From: Patescibacteria group bacterium
GTDB lineage: Bacteria; Patescibacteriota; Minisyncoccia; Phycocordibacterales; Phycocordibacteraceae
NCBI GenBank assembly: GCA_029260935.1
Contig: JAJDCJ010000016.1
Span: forward strand, 19,648-83,647
Reading direction: 5' to 3'
DNA length: 64,000 bases
Made by a program: the position numbers and the translations under genes. This document shows, in pieces, positions 23,351 through 33,814 of this stretch. How positions within the stretch are numbered: position 1 is the first letter of the stretch; each line of letters begins with the position of its first letter. The notes below the pieces were generated by a model that saw nothing but the letters and a program-made list of their open reading frames with translations, made no database searches and had not been told where the DNA came from.

Positions 23351-23536
23351 CTACTGCGCTAGTTGGGACTCTGGCTCGGATATGTTGTCCTCTCTTTGTT
23401 CATTTTGAGCGCCTAAAAATATCAAGATACTAAAACTAATACCAATGATAATACTAAAGAAAAGGAGAAATTTAAAAAATCCGTCAGTAAATAGGTTCTT
23501 CATAGTGTGCCTAAAGCATATCACGCTCTGTTTCAA
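23351..23536 (-). CDS. small hydrophobic hypothetical protein
   Basis: 61-aa ORF with one TM (FFKFLLFFSIIIGISFSILIFLG); overlaps upstream gene end by 26 nt; weak. Confidence 0.3.
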   Translation of the reverse strand: MKQSVICFRHTMKNLFTDGFFKFLLFFSIIIGISFSILIFLGAQNEQREDNISEPESQLAQ

Positions 23537-24326
23537 GGTCTGTCTTGAGTGTAGAGTTGTTTACTAATTCTGCCTGTTTAATTGCCTCATTGTAATACAA
23601 TACTGCGTCTTCTTTCTGTCCTTGGTCGCCCACATAACGCGCCAGCAGTACATACAAGTCAATTGCTGTTGGTTGATTTTCTATACCGCGTTTTAGTATT
23701 GCAATTGCCTGATCGCTATTATTTTGCTGTGCATACACTTCATATAAAGAACGGTAAAGTGCTGGATTGTTTGGCAAAATATCAATTGCTTTCATGTAAC
23801 TGTTAATCGCCTTGTTTGGGTCATTTAAATATATGCTGTATAAACTTCCTAGATTTGCATGTACTTGCCATGTTGGTGAAAAACGCTGAGTAAGAAATAC
23901 AAGAACTTCTTCGGACCCGTCATAGTCGCCGAGTATCGTCCGATAGGAAGAGAGATTCATCCAGGCGTTAAAACTATCTGGACTGTCTTTCAGTGCCAAG
24001 AGGGTCGCTTCCATATTACGTATTATCTGTACGTATGCCGTGTGATCCATATTTACAGACTCCGATGGAATAGCTCTGGTGAGATCCGGGGCAGTGATAC
24101 CTTCTTGTGGTGCGTCAGGAAGTCGTTCAACAGTGTACCCACCATTTTGAGTTGACTCACCTACTTCCAAATCAGATGGATTAATACCGTTTTCAGTAGT
24201 GCCTTCCTCTACCTTTATTTCCCTCTGCTCAGGCCCTGATATATTTTGGAAGGCAAAGTACGCAGCTCCAAGCAAAAGAGCACCCCCGATGAGGATAACA
24301 GGAACGGAAGAAAAGAATTTTTTCAT
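23511..24326 (-). CDS. tetratricopeptide-repeat protein with N-terminal membrane anchor
   Basis: TPR-like repeats (AINSYMKAIDILPNNPALYRSLYEVYAQQNNSDQAIAILKRGIE...); start chosen at MKKFFSSVPVILIGG (ORF from 24389). Confidence 0.65.
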   Translation of the reverse strand: MKKFFSSVPVILIGGALLLGAAYFAFQNISGPEQREIKVEEGTTENGINPSDLEVGESTQNGGYTVERLPDAPQEGITAPDLTRAIPSESVNMDHTAYVQIIRNMEATLLALKDSPDSFNAWMNLSSYRTILGDYDGSEEVLVFLTQRFSPTWQVHANLGSLYSIYLNDPNKAINSYMKAIDILPNNPALYRSLYEVYAQQNNSDQAIAILKRGIENQPTAIDLYVLLARYVGDQGQKEDAVLYYNEAIKQAELVNNSTLKTDLETERDML

Positions 24327-24462
24327 ACTAGGTATTGTATCGCGTACAGGCATATAAAACAAAATACACAAAACAATCAGGCATAACAAAAAGCCCCCGA
24401 AGGGGCTTTTTGTTTCCTAGCTTACGCCAGAAAATCTTCCACTAATTCTGTATTGCTACAGA

Positions 24463-27400
24463 CTAGTTAGCTGATCGTGAGTTATCAAGACCACCTGATG
24501 GAAGACCTACGATACCGAATCCGTTACCCCAGTCTGCGTCAGTCACAAGAGAAGTACCAGTTGTGTGTGGAGACCATAGGAAGTCATCGTTCGTGTCGCC
24601 ATCAACCGCTGCGGCTGTGCCGTCAAAGACGGTTGTAGCGAATGATGGGAACGCTGCGTCACCAAGAACTGTTGTGATTACGTTAGCACCTGATACTGCA
24701 CCAGATACTGAACCACGAACTTCAAAGTAACGAGTTGCACCAGCTGGAATCTGAAGCGTCGTTGACGCTGCAGCTGAAGTTTGAGCGTAGAACTCAAGTT
24801 CAGTTGCTGATGATGCCCATGCAGTACCTCCAAGGTTTGAGGCAAGCATACGGCCATCAGCAGTTAATCCTGATACTGGTGTTGAGTAGCCACTGTCAGT
24901 GAAGGCGAAGATGTTAAGTCCGGTTACGGTTGCAGTTGTAGTTGCAACAGTAATTGAGAACTTAGACACTCCGACGTCTCCTGCTGCGTCAGCAGTTACC
25001 TTGAATCGCATCAACTTACCATCAGCAATACCTGTTGATGAAAGACTTGAGTCTTTCGCAAAGGTTGGGAACGACTTGTAGAGTCGTACACCTGACACTG
25101 CTGTTGAACCAGTTGCGTTAACTGTTGTACCTGACTGTGCACCAACACCTTGGGTGTTTGTGTTGTTGGTATCAACATCAACTGCGATTAAGTGTCCCGA
25201 AGTACCAGGTTCACTGGTACCGACTGAAGCCAACCAACCTTTCACGGTTACCTCTACGTCAGTATCCTTAGGAATACTTAATGTTGAAGTAAGCGTTGAC
25301 GTTGCGTTGTTGTTTGTACCTACAAACGTTGCTTGTCCAATCTGTGTGCCATCAGTCTTATGCAGTGTTACCTGGATAAGGTCTTGTGGTGAAGATGATG
25401 CAGTGTTTGTAAGTTGCAAGCCAATTCTTTGCAAGTCAACTGATTCGTTGGTTGCGCGGAATTTTAATACACCAAGAGTTACCCCCTGTGTACCGGCTGC
25501 ACCAAGTGCATACGATGGACTTGGAGCTGCGGTTGAAGCAACAACAGCACCGGAAGCTGCGATAGTCATGGTTTGACCTGCGCCTGTTGAACCGGTTGCG
25601 GTGACTGTCGCTGAAGATCCAATACCTGTTACGGTAAGTGCTCCAATTTGGGTTGAAGTGATACCAAGGTTGAATGTAGAGCTTGTGTCTGATGAAGACG
25701 AAACGTTACAGAACAATCCTAGAGTTTTCACTGTCCCCTTTGTAATGGTCAATGGGTTGTCAAACGTGAATGTACCCAGTGCTGCAGTTGTTGAGGCCGT
25801 AGCCGATGGGTTCACAATGTTTGTTCCCGAGTTAAGAATCGTTGAACCGTCTTTCAAGACACAGCTTGAAAGCTTGTTCGGAGCGCCAGCAAGTGCGGCA
25901 TTCGTGTACGTCAATGGAATTGACGAGATACGAAGGTCTTCACCTGACTGCGACGCATTAAGCTGAAGGTTCGCGAAGATAACGTCCTGACCGCCCGCAA
26001 CAATGGTTTGCGCTGAAGGTGAGGCTGAAACTGAAACTTGAAGTTCAGCAGCTTCAACAGTCATTGCGTTCATGTTGAACGACGTTTGCGATAGCGTAAT
26101 GGTGTCACCAGTCAATTCACCCTTTACAGTAGTCCACTGTGTAGATGGGTTTGTTGAGAGGGTGTATACCGTTGCGTCACCAATAGTTGACGCTACTTTA
26201 CCGCGAATGGTGTACGTGTGACGACCTGTTGGGAACGTGATTTCATCACTGAAGGTAAGGGTCGTACCAACACCTGTTGCGTCAACAGGACCAGCAACAA
26301 CTGCGCCATTCTCGTCAACGATAGATACGTTGGTGAGAAGACCAGTGCCTGAACCTGATGATGATGCAACTGTTACTGCCAATGTCTGTACGGTGATTGC
26401 TTCACCTTTGATGTCAATGTCAAACCCACCAAGTGGCTGGTTTGGAACATTAACCGCAATGTTTTGTGCAGGAACTGCAGTTGCTTTGGTAATAGTGGTT
26501 ACTGAAGCACCTTCAATAGTTACCTGGTTACCCCAAATATATGGAGTACCTGTTGTTTCTGAGGTGTTGTTAGTACCACGTACCAACGTACTTACTGCGG
26601 TCGCACCAATGGCAGGAGAAACTCCAAATCCAAAGGTTTGTCCTTCAGCAAAGATGTCAGTCGTTTCGTCAACGTCAAAGATAACAGTTCGTCCGTTAGA
26701 GTTTGAACCAACGATGTCAAACTGTACATATCCTTCAATGTTGTCTCCTTCCGGAAGAAGGACTCCTGAACCAAGGTTCGCAATAACGAACTGGCCGTCA
26801 GAAGAAACTGAAGTTGGATACGCTACACCACCAATAACAACCTGGATGTTTGCAAGGTCGTTTACAGTAGACGCAGATCCAGTCTGGTTGAAGCGAAGAG
26901 TCTTAAGCATAAGATCTTCTGCTGAACCAGCAGTCACACGGAATCCTGTCACACGATACGCCGTTGTTCCGATTTCTTTCGTTACCGGAGCGTTTGACGC
27001 AAACGCACTTGAGATATCAAGTGAGAGTGTACCAGTTGATAGTGTTGCGTTAATGGTGTGGTATGCACCAGTAATTGGCAATGCGCCTGAAACTGCAGCT
27101 GAGGTGTTGATACCAACAACTGTAATTGCAGGAACTTCACCTGCACGTGCTGCAAGAGAAGCGGCCATGTTTCCACCTACGGTGAATGTTCGTGTCTGTC
27201 CTGCAGGAACGGTGAATTTCTCGCCAATGGTTGCTTGGTCGTTTGAGTTGAAGCTCTTAGCAGTACCAAGTTGGTTTCCATCTTGGTCAATAAGAACAAC
27301 ACCAGCAAACGAAGCGTTATTGCCGAGTCCTGTTCGCTGTATTATCACTGAGTTTACGGTAACGTCGCCATCAGATCCGGCAGTCAACGTAAAGTTGGTG

Positions 27401-28014
27401 AAAGGAACACGTGATGTTCCTTGTGGAGCGATACCGTTCTGTGGCTGCGCAGCAGCTGCAACAGAAAGACCTGTTCCTGATGGAGCTGGGGTAGTAGTAC
27501 CGCCAGTTGTTCCACCTCCTGATGTTGCGCCACAAGCACCTGATGATGCTAGAGCCGCGCGAGTAATAGGGCCGAAGTAACCAACCGCTGGGCTTACGCC
27601 GTTAGCAGCTTGCCACTTTGCAAGTGCGCCCTGAGTAAGAGAACCGAAGAAATCAGTTTCTGACCCAGCTGAACCAACACCTGATGCTGCAACTGGTGCG
27701 CCGTTTGCATTCAAGATTTGTTGAAGTGCAAGAACGTCTGAACCTGTTGAGCCAAGTGTAAGGTCACGTGAAAACGCAGAACATGATGCGCCACCTGATG
27801 TTGAACCACCTGATGTTGCTTGTCCGCGAAGAGACGCGTTAACGTTGTTGATAACCGCCTGGTCTGCACCAAACGATGAGAGAAGCGAAAGAATCGACTG
27901 GATTTGACTTTCAGTCAACGCAGCGTGAACTGCAGGAACTGAAAAAGAAAAAGCCAAAGCCGCTACCATCGCAAGTCCCGCAACAACTGTTGTGAGTTTT
28001 CTTGTAATAGACAT
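24463..28014 (-). CDS. giant cell-surface protein (S-layer-like): signal peptide, peptidoglycan-binding (PG_binding_1-like) module, long Thr/Ser/Gly/Ala-rich beta-repeat region
   Basis: Signal MSITRKLTTVVAGLAMVAALAFSFSVPAVHA; LTLGSTGSDVLALQQILNANG...GYFGPITRAALA resembles PG-binding domain; about 1000 aa of Cys-free repeats. Confidence 0.7.
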   Translation of the reverse strand: MSITRKLTTVVAGLAMVAALAFSFSVPAVHAALTESQIQSILSLLSSFGADQAVINNVNASLRGQATSGGSTSGGASCSAFSRDLTLGSTGSDVLALQQILNANGAPVAASGVGSAGSETDFFGSLTQGALAKWQAANGVSPAVGYFGPITRAALASSGACGATSGGGTTGGTTTPAPSGTGLSVAAAAQPQNGIAPQGTSRVPFTNFTLTAGSDGDVTVNSVIIQRTGLGNNASFAGVVLIDQDGNQLGTAKSFNSNDQATIGEKFTVPAGQTRTFTVGGNMAASLAARAGEVPAITVVGINTSAAVSGALPITGAYHTINATLSTGTLSLDISSAFASNAPVTKEIGTTAYRVTGFRVTAGSAEDLMLKTLRFNQTGSASTVNDLANIQVVIGGVAYPTSVSSDGQFVIANLGSGVLLPEGDNIEGYVQFDIVGSNSNGRTVIFDVDETTDIFAEGQTFGFGVSPAIGATAVSTLVRGTNNTSETTGTPYIWGNQVTIEGASVTTITKATAVPAQNIAVNVPNQPLGGFDIDIKGEAITVQTLAVTVASSSGSGTGLLTNVSIVDENGAVVAGPVDATGVGTTLTFSDEITFPTGRHTYTIRGKVASTIGDATVYTLSTNPSTQWTTVKGELTGDTITLSQTSFNMNAMTVEAAELQVSVSASPSAQTIVAGGQDVIFANLQLNASQSGEDLRISSIPLTYTNAALAGAPNKLSSCVLKDGSTILNSGTNIVNPSATASTTAALGTFTFDNPLTITKGTVKTLGLFCNVSSSSDTSSTFNLGITSTQIGALTVTGIGSSATVTATGSTGAGQTMTIAASGAVVASTAAPSPSYALGAAGTQGVTLGVLKFRATNESVDLQRIGLQLTNTASSSPQDLIQVTLHKTDGTQIGQATFVGTNNNATSTLTSTLSIPKDTDVEVTVKGWLASVGTSEPGTSGHLIAVDVDTNNTNTQGVGAQSGTTVNATGSTAVSGVRLYKSFPTFAKDSSLSSTGIADGKLMRFKVTADAAGDVGVSKFSITVATTTATVTGLNIFAFTDSGYSTPVSGLTADGRMLASNLGGTAWASSATELEFYAQTSAAASTTLQIPAGATRYFEVRGSVSGAVSGANVITTVLGDAAFPSFATTVFDGTAAAVDGDTNDDFLWSPHTTGTSLVTDADWGNGFGIVGLPSGGLDNSRSAN

Positions 28015-28596
28015 AGCTAAAGTGCTATTTGTTGTGACATACTCCTCTCACTAAAATTATTAATAACTAATTAGTGAAAGAAATACGGGTTGCGTGTTTC
28101 CTCGCATAAAGTTCGTTCGACCGAACAACAAGAAAAGTGCAACCTTGAATTAATAAGTAATCTTATAAGATTACCTACCACCATCGCTTGTGCAACAATA
28201 GAAAATATAATTTTCTCTGCCTTCACTCACTTGGGTAGTAAGCAATACTAGTTTCCACCACCCTTTGTAGACTGCTCTACAAAGACGTTGATGGCAAAAG
28301 GGGTTAAGGGTATTTCTATCATCTCTGAATACTCAGGACATGCTTTCTTTTCAGTAGTGTAAAGAACGAGTACACAGCATAACGGGGTGTGTTCCCGGCT
28401 ACTCAGCAGCTTCTCTGCATTATTTTATTGTCAAAGTTCGGTACCTCTTTCCCCCACTTTCAAACAGACATAAATACAGTCAAAATCTTTCCGTTCAGCG
28501 GATGAGCACATTATACCGAAAGATATGCTATTTGGGAGTACTTAGTTGAGGCACTTAAATGTGGATAAAGAAAGGAGTAATGTCCATACAGGAAAA

Positions 28597-28617
28597 AGCC
28601 GAGAAAATCGGCTCTTT
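28597..28617. terminator. hairpin AGCCGAG-AAAAT-CTCGGCT with flanking U-run on minus strand
   Basis: About 150 nt downstream of minus-strand gene ending at 28771. Confidence 0.45.
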
Positions 28618-28770
28618 TGATGAAATTAACGCTTTCCTACCACAGGGGGAAGAGTACCTTAAAAAGAGTCGCTAGGCAACTAGGTATATAAGGGAGTAGA
28701 AGAATATGTATATAGTGTATATTTTTGAATACAATCTGCTAGTTCTGCCTAAAACATAGCAAACTAGCGC

Positions 28771-29520
28771 CTAAACTACCTTTCTATAAGTGCTCCATCG
28801 GCGCTCCCCTTCCTTCATAAGGATCCCTTGGTCTACAAGTGCCATAAGCTCTCTTTGGATTGTCTTTTCACTGCATCCTTCAATTTCTGCACACACGTCT
28901 TTTACAGTAATTTTGTCCTTTTTATTTAAAAGACTTAATATAATTTCTCTTCTATTTAAATGTCTTTTATGATTACTTGTCCTTTTGCCCACGCTCTGTG
29001 TAGAAAGCTCGCTGCCGTTACGCCGTTTGTTTGCTTTTGCCGACCCTACTGAACCTTGATCTAGAGGTGCTCTGTTTTCAGTTGTCACGTCTACCTTGTT
29101 TGAGTCAAAAACTTTTTCCGTGTGCTGGCTTACAAAAGAAGCCAAGTCAGCATATTCAGCATGTAAAATACGCGCATTCATTGGTGATATAAATCCTGCT
29201 CGTTCAGCAAGATTAAGAATTGACCCTATCTCAAGGCATATTGAAGCAAACCCCTCATGGTATCTAAGGTCGCGTGCTTTTTCAGGGTTAGCAGAAGAGG
29301 TTACCAGTTCAATGGCACACGTTCTGACACGAGTCTTGAGAGGGTCGTTACTTGGGATAAATCCGGTGACCATATACAGAGCTGAGGCAAGTTTCTCAGA
29401 CTTTTGGAGAACAAAATTATGGTGCTCATTTCTAAAGAAAGAAGAAAAAGCTTGGTTTAACTGCCCACCGTCATGTGAGCTTAAGGTCATATCTTTTTTG
29501 TCTTTTTTGCTATCGGACAT
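28771..29520 (-). CDS. hypothetical DNA-binding protein with C-terminal winged-HTH (DeoR/HTH_11-like)
   Basis: C-terminus REIILSLLNKKDKITVKDVCAEIEGCSEKTIQRELMALVDQGILMKEG; divergent from ftsK. Confidence 0.5.
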   Translation of the reverse strand: MSDSKKDKKDMTLSSHDGGQLNQAFSSFFRNEHHNFVLQKSEKLASALYMVTGFIPSNDPLKTRVRTCAIELVTSSANPEKARDLRYHEGFASICLEIGSILNLAERAGFISPMNARILHAEYADLASFVSQHTEKVFDSNKVDVTTENRAPLDQGSVGSAKANKRRNGSELSTQSVGKRTSNHKRHLNRREIILSLLNKKDKITVKDVCAEIEGCSEKTIQRELMALVDQGILMKEGERRWSTYRKVV

Positions 29521-29806
29521 AATTTTATTTGTCCTTTATGAAATATCGGACATATATTCCTATCGGTCATTCTACTCCTCTACAAAGTGTCCGTCAAATT
29601 ATTCTTAAAAACCTAATGTCTATTTTTTGTATCTCTTCTTTCTGGTCTTGTATGAAGTGCTATACCTACAGACCTACTGCCCTGCCTCTCTAGGTACTAA
29701 AAGACCGGGAACGAGCGCGCGTTGACACAACTAGAAATTCATCTAGAAAACACTCGCTACAATAGCGAGACCCTAAACAAGAGCATGTTATTATTTATGC
29801 ATATTT

Positions 29807-32044
29807 ATGGTTCGTCGAAAGAAAAAGAAAAGGAAATTAAATTTAATTCCTAGCCTCCCCTCATTTGAGATTACGGCGAAGCCAGAGACCCTTCGTAGTA
29901 TTTACGCAATCGGTGCTGGCGTCCTTTCGTTACTTTTTCTTCTTGCTCCATTTCAATTGGGTGGAGACGTTGGTACTTTTCTGTTTGAGAAATTAAAAAC
30001 GCTTTTCGGTGTTGGATACTACCTCGTGCCCATTACTCTTCTCTTTCTTACTATTGGTCTGATACGCCAAAAAGATGAAACGGGCGTCGGCACTGCACGT
30101 GCGGTTGGGGCTGGTCTTTTGTTCTTCTCGGGTATTGGTATTCTCTCTCTTACCTACACAAACGCAGGTGGCATTATCGGCAATATAATAATGATCCCAT
30201 TTGTCTCCTTGTTTGATCCAATCTTAGGCGGGCTTATGCTGGGTGCGGTGGCAGTGGTAGGAACACTTCTTGCTCTTGATACTCCTCTTTCTATTGGGAC
30301 ACTTTTCTCTCGAGATAAAAAAAATAAGAAAGACGAGGAATACGAGGATGCATATGACGAAACTGACGAAGAGGAGGAATACGAGGATGAGGATGAAGCA
30401 GAACACGGAGAAGAGGAAGCAGAGGAAGAGGAAGCAGAAAAACCAAAACGTGGCCTCTTCGGCAACAAAAAGGAAGTTGAAGAAGAACTAAAGCCAATGT
30501 CTTTTGCGTTAGTTGATAAAGAATACAATCCCCCTCCCCTCTCGCTCCTTGAAAAAGATAAAGGTAAGCCAGGCGTTGGTGATATTAAGGCAAACGCAAA
30601 TATTATTAAACGAACGCTCTACAATTTCGGCATCACTGTTGAAATGGATGAGATTTCAATAGGGCCGACAGTAACACGCTATGCGTTAAAGCCAGCCGAG
30701 GGAGTACGACTGCAAAAAATACTTGCCCTTCAAAACAACCTAGAGTTAGCACTTGCCGCAAGTCCCGTCAGAATTGAAGCACCTATACCAGGAAAGTCTC
30801 TCGTGGGAATTGAAGTTCCTAATAGCAAAAAAGCGACCGTGGGCCTTGCGACACTACTTAATGAGAAAGCGTTCACTGAAGACACACGTCCACTGTTGGC
30901 AGCTCTTGGTCGCGACATTGCCGGCACCGCCCACTTTGCAAACATTTCCAAAATGCCTCACGTTCTTATTGCAGGCGCCACGGGAAGCGGTAAATCGGTT
31001 TCTATTCACGCGCTCATTACCTCATTATTGTACCGAAACGGCCCCGGGACACTGCGTTTTATTATGGTTGATCCAAAGCGCGTAGAGTTAACTATGTACG
31101 ATACTATCCCCCACCTGCTTACTCCTGTTATTACTGAGCCGAAAAAAGCAATTCTTGCTCTGAAGTGGGCGGCAAAAGAAATGGAGCGACGGTACGATAT
31201 TTTACAAGCACATTCTGTGCGCGATATTAGTTCGTATCATGAAAATATTCTGCAAAGGATGTCATCTGAAAAAAGTAGTGTGGAAGGGGAAGAAATGCTA
31301 GATCAGATGCCATATATTCTTATTGTTATTGACGAGCTTGCCGATATTATGCAGGCATACCCAAGAGAGCTTGAGGCGGCTATAGTTCGTCTTGCACAAA
31401 TGAGTCGCGCGGTGGGAATACACCTTATACTTTCAACACAACGGCCCAGTGTGAATGTCATTACTGGACTCATTAAAGCGAATATCCCTTCACGCGTAGC
31501 GCTTCAAGTTGCCAGCCAAATTGATTCGCGTACCATTCTAGACTCAGCGGGAGCTGAAAAACTCCTTGGAGCAGGAGACATGCTGTACCTTTCAGGTGAG
31601 ATGAGTAAACCACACCGTATTCAAACTGCGTTCATTTCAGAGGAAGAAGTGAAGAAAGTAGTGTCCTATATTAAAAAATACAACGAAGAAAACCTTGATG
31701 AAATTACCCTTACTGGAAATGCAAACGAGTCACCAAATGCAATTTTCAGCAGTGCGTTTGATGAGGAAGAAGACGAAGACGAGCTATACGGACAAGCAAA
31801 GCAAACCGTAGAGGAGGCCGGGAAAGCATCTACGTCGTTCCTCCAGAGAAAACTACGCATCGGCTACGCCCGAGCAGCGAGACTTATGGACATTCTTGAA
31901 GAAAACGGCGTGGTAGGTCCAGCGGACGGAGCAAAACCACGTGAAGTTTTCACTGACGGTGAAGACTATAGGGAGGAAGAGTATGAAGACACTAATGAGG
32001 AGGAGGAAAAGAGCGATGATGAAGTAGAGAAAGATGAAACGTAG
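29807..32044 (+). CDS. ftsK: DNA translocase FtsK/SpoIIIE with Glu/Asp-rich insertion and acidic C-terminal tail
   Basis: N-terminal TMs, Walker A AGATGSGKS, FtsK gamma domain SFLQRKLRIGYARAARLMDILEENGVVGP; acidic block aa 169-215. Confidence 0.9.
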   Translation: MVRRKKKKRKLNLIPSLPSFEITAKPETLRSIYAIGAGVLSLLFLLAPFQLGGDVGTFLFEKLKTLFGVGYYLVPITLLFLTIGLIRQKDETGVGTARAVGAGLLFFSGIGILSLTYTNAGGIIGNIIMIPFVSLFDPILGGLMLGAVAVVGTLLALDTPLSIGTLFSRDKKNKKDEEYEDAYDETDEEEEYEDEDEAEHGEEEAEEEEAEKPKRGLFGNKKEVEEELKPMSFALVDKEYNPPPLSLLEKDKGKPGVGDIKANANIIKRTLYNFGITVEMDEISIGPTVTRYALKPAEGVRLQKILALQNNLELALAASPVRIEAPIPGKSLVGIEVPNSKKATVGLATLLNEKAFTEDTRPLLAALGRDIAGTAHFANISKMPHVLIAGATGSGKSVSIHALITSLLYRNGPGTLRFIMVDPKRVELTMYDTIPHLLTPVITEPKKAILALKWAAKEMERRYDILQAHSVRDISSYHENILQRMSSEKSSVEGEEMLDQMPYILIVIDELADIMQAYPRELEAAIVRLAQMSRAVGIHLILSTQRPSVNVITGLIKANIPSRVALQVASQIDSRTILDSAGAEKLLGAGDMLYLSGEMSKPHRIQTAFISEEEVKKVVSYIKKYNEENLDEITLTGNANESPNAIFSSAFDEEEDEDELYGQAKQTVEEAGKASTSFLQRKLRIGYARAARLMDILEENGVVGPADGAKPREVFTDGEDYREEEYEDTNEEEEKSDDEVEKDET

Positions 32045-32450
32045 AAGCATCTCATCGCTCCCCGTATCATTCCTGCTTTTCGGTATATTTGCCATCATAC
32101 TTGTTCTCTATACGAGCTTTGTCACTCTTCCCTTCCTTCAGGGACCAAGCATTAGCGTGAACCCTGTTATTACCACTGAAAATGGGTCTCTCGTTATATC
32201 GGGAACGGCTCTACGGGTTTCTACACTCACCATTAACGACCAGGACACTCCATTGAGCGAGCAGGGTCAATTTTTAATAGAACGTTCATTTCCCTCAGGG
32301 TATACTGTAGTGGTACTGAGAGCTCAAGATAGATTTGGGCGTAGTCGCGAAGAAACAGTGACATTTATAACTAAGGAAAAAATACAAAACCATGCCAGCG
32401 AAAAAGAAGACAGCGAAAACGGCCCCTCTAACAAAGAAACCAGTCAGTAG
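32034..32450 (+). CDS. hypothetical membrane-anchored protein
   Basis: 138 aa, N-terminal [20 protein letters not shown]; overlaps ftsK end and recA start; uncertain. Confidence 0.4.
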   Translation: MKRRSISSLPVSFLLFGIFAIILVLYTSFVTLPFLQGPSISVNPVITTENGSLVISGTALRVSTLTINDQDTPLSEQGQFLIERSFPSGYTVVVLRAQDRFGRSREETVTFITKEKIQNHASEKEDSENGPSNKETSQ

Positions 32451-33444
32451 TGCAGTAGCCGGTCCAAAAAAAGATGCTATCAAAGAAACGGTAGATAGTA
32501 TCAAAACAAAATTTGGTGATGGGGCAATTATGATGCTGGGCACCACTGCGCGTGTTGGTATTGATGCAATTTCTACGGGGTCTATCGGATTAGACTCAGC
32601 GCTTGGCATCGGTGGTGTTCCCCGCGGAAGAATTATTGAAATATTCGGCCCTGAGTCATCAGGAAAAACTACTCTTGCGCTTCACATCGTAGCTGAAGCA
32701 CAGAAAAAAAACGGCATATGCGCATTTGTTGATGCTGAACACGCACTTGATCCTGAATATGCAAAAAAAATCGGCGTTAAAATTGATGACCTTCTTGTCT
32801 CACAGCCCGACACAGGAGAACAAGCACTTGATATTGTAGAGTCACTCGTTCGCAGTGGAAAATTAGACGTAGTCGTCATTGACTCTGTTGCAGCGCTCAC
32901 TCCGCGCGCTGAAATTGAAGGCGATATGGAACAAGTCCACGTTGGTCGCCAAGCACGTCTCATGAGTCAAGCGCTTCGCAAACTCACCGCAATTGTTGCT
33001 AAAAGTAATACAGTGGTTATTTTCATTAACCAAATTCGTATGCAAATTGGCATGATGTTCGGCAATCCAGAAACAACCCCAGGAGGAAAAGCACTGAAAT
33101 TCTATACCTCTGTCCGTATGGATATCCGTCGCATTGCCCAAATAAAGAAAGGCGAGGAAGTGGTTGGCGGTCGTGTGCGTGTAAAAGTAGTAAAAAACAA
33201 AGTTGCAGCACCCTTTAGACAAACTGAATTTGACCTCATGTATAACGAAGGTATTTCCCGTGAAGGAGAACTGCTCGCGCTCGGTGAAAAGTTTGGTTTT
33301 GTTAAAAAAGCCGGAAGCTCGTATTCATACGGAGAAGAAAAACTTGGCCGAGGATACGACGCTTCAAGACGTTTTCTTAATGAAAACAAAACACTCGCAA
33401 ACAAACTCCTCAAAGAAATACGTGCTGAGTTAAAAGGCGTATAG
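32392..33444 (+). CDS. recA: recombinase RecA (with Lys-rich N-terminal extension)
   Basis: [17 protein letters not shown] Walker A, full-length RecA core; N-terminal [20 protein letters not shown]. Confidence 0.92.
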   Translation: MPAKKKTAKTAPLTKKPVSSAVAGPKKDAIKETVDSIKTKFGDGAIMMLGTTARVGIDAISTGSIGLDSALGIGGVPRGRIIEIFGPESSGKTTLALHIVAEAQKKNGICAFVDAEHALDPEYAKKIGVKIDDLLVSQPDTGEQALDIVESLVRSGKLDVVVIDSVAALTPRAEIEGDMEQVHVGRQARLMSQALRKLTAIVAKSNTVVIFINQIRMQIGMMFGNPETTPGGKALKFYTSVRMDIRRIAQIKKGEEVVGGRVRVKVVKNKVAAPFRQTEFDLMYNEGISREGELLALGEKFGFVKKAGSSYSYGEEKLGRGYDASRRFLNENKTLANKLLKEIRAELKGV

Positions 33445-33448
33445 ACCG

Positions 33449-33802
33449 TTACGATACTTCAACAAGTTTGGGTGGTGTATACCCCTGGTGTGCGTATTTT
33501 ATATAAAAAGAGAGATCTCGCATTATAAATATCGCGACTGTAATGCTTGCAATAAAAAATACCTGTACTGAAAGTTCAGTTGAGAGAAACGCCATCAGTG
33601 TGTATTGTAAAAATTCAAAAGGGGTGTGTGAAGAATTCAGAGCATTAAGAATAATATTGTGCGCGGAAACTGATATGAACAGAAAACCAGAAACCACTAA
33701 AAACCCAAAAAGTTTTGTCTGAGCTGAAGTTGCTTGTCGCAGAGCATAAAGCACGAACACCCGACGCATTACTCTGTTTTTGATTTTTTGATTACGTTCC
33801 AT
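33449..33802 (-). CDS. small membrane protein, candidate anti-sigma factor
   Basis: 117 aa with two to three TM segments immediately downstream of ECF sigma factor gene. Confidence 0.35.
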   Translation of the reverse strand: MERNQKIKNRVMRRVFVLYALRQATSAQTKLFGFLVVSGFLFISVSAHNIILNALNSSHTPFEFLQYTLMAFLSTELSVQVFFIASITVAIFIMRDLSFYIKYAHQGYTPPKLVEVS

Positions 33803-33814
33803 ATCTAATTTTTA

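Noticed and set aside
26237-27580. 447-aa plus-strand ORF
   Set aside because: Antisense to the giant Thr/Ser/Gly-rich surface-protein gene; reverse complement of such low-complexity coding DNA yields long Pro/Val/Ala-rich stop-free frames. No independent start context or domain.
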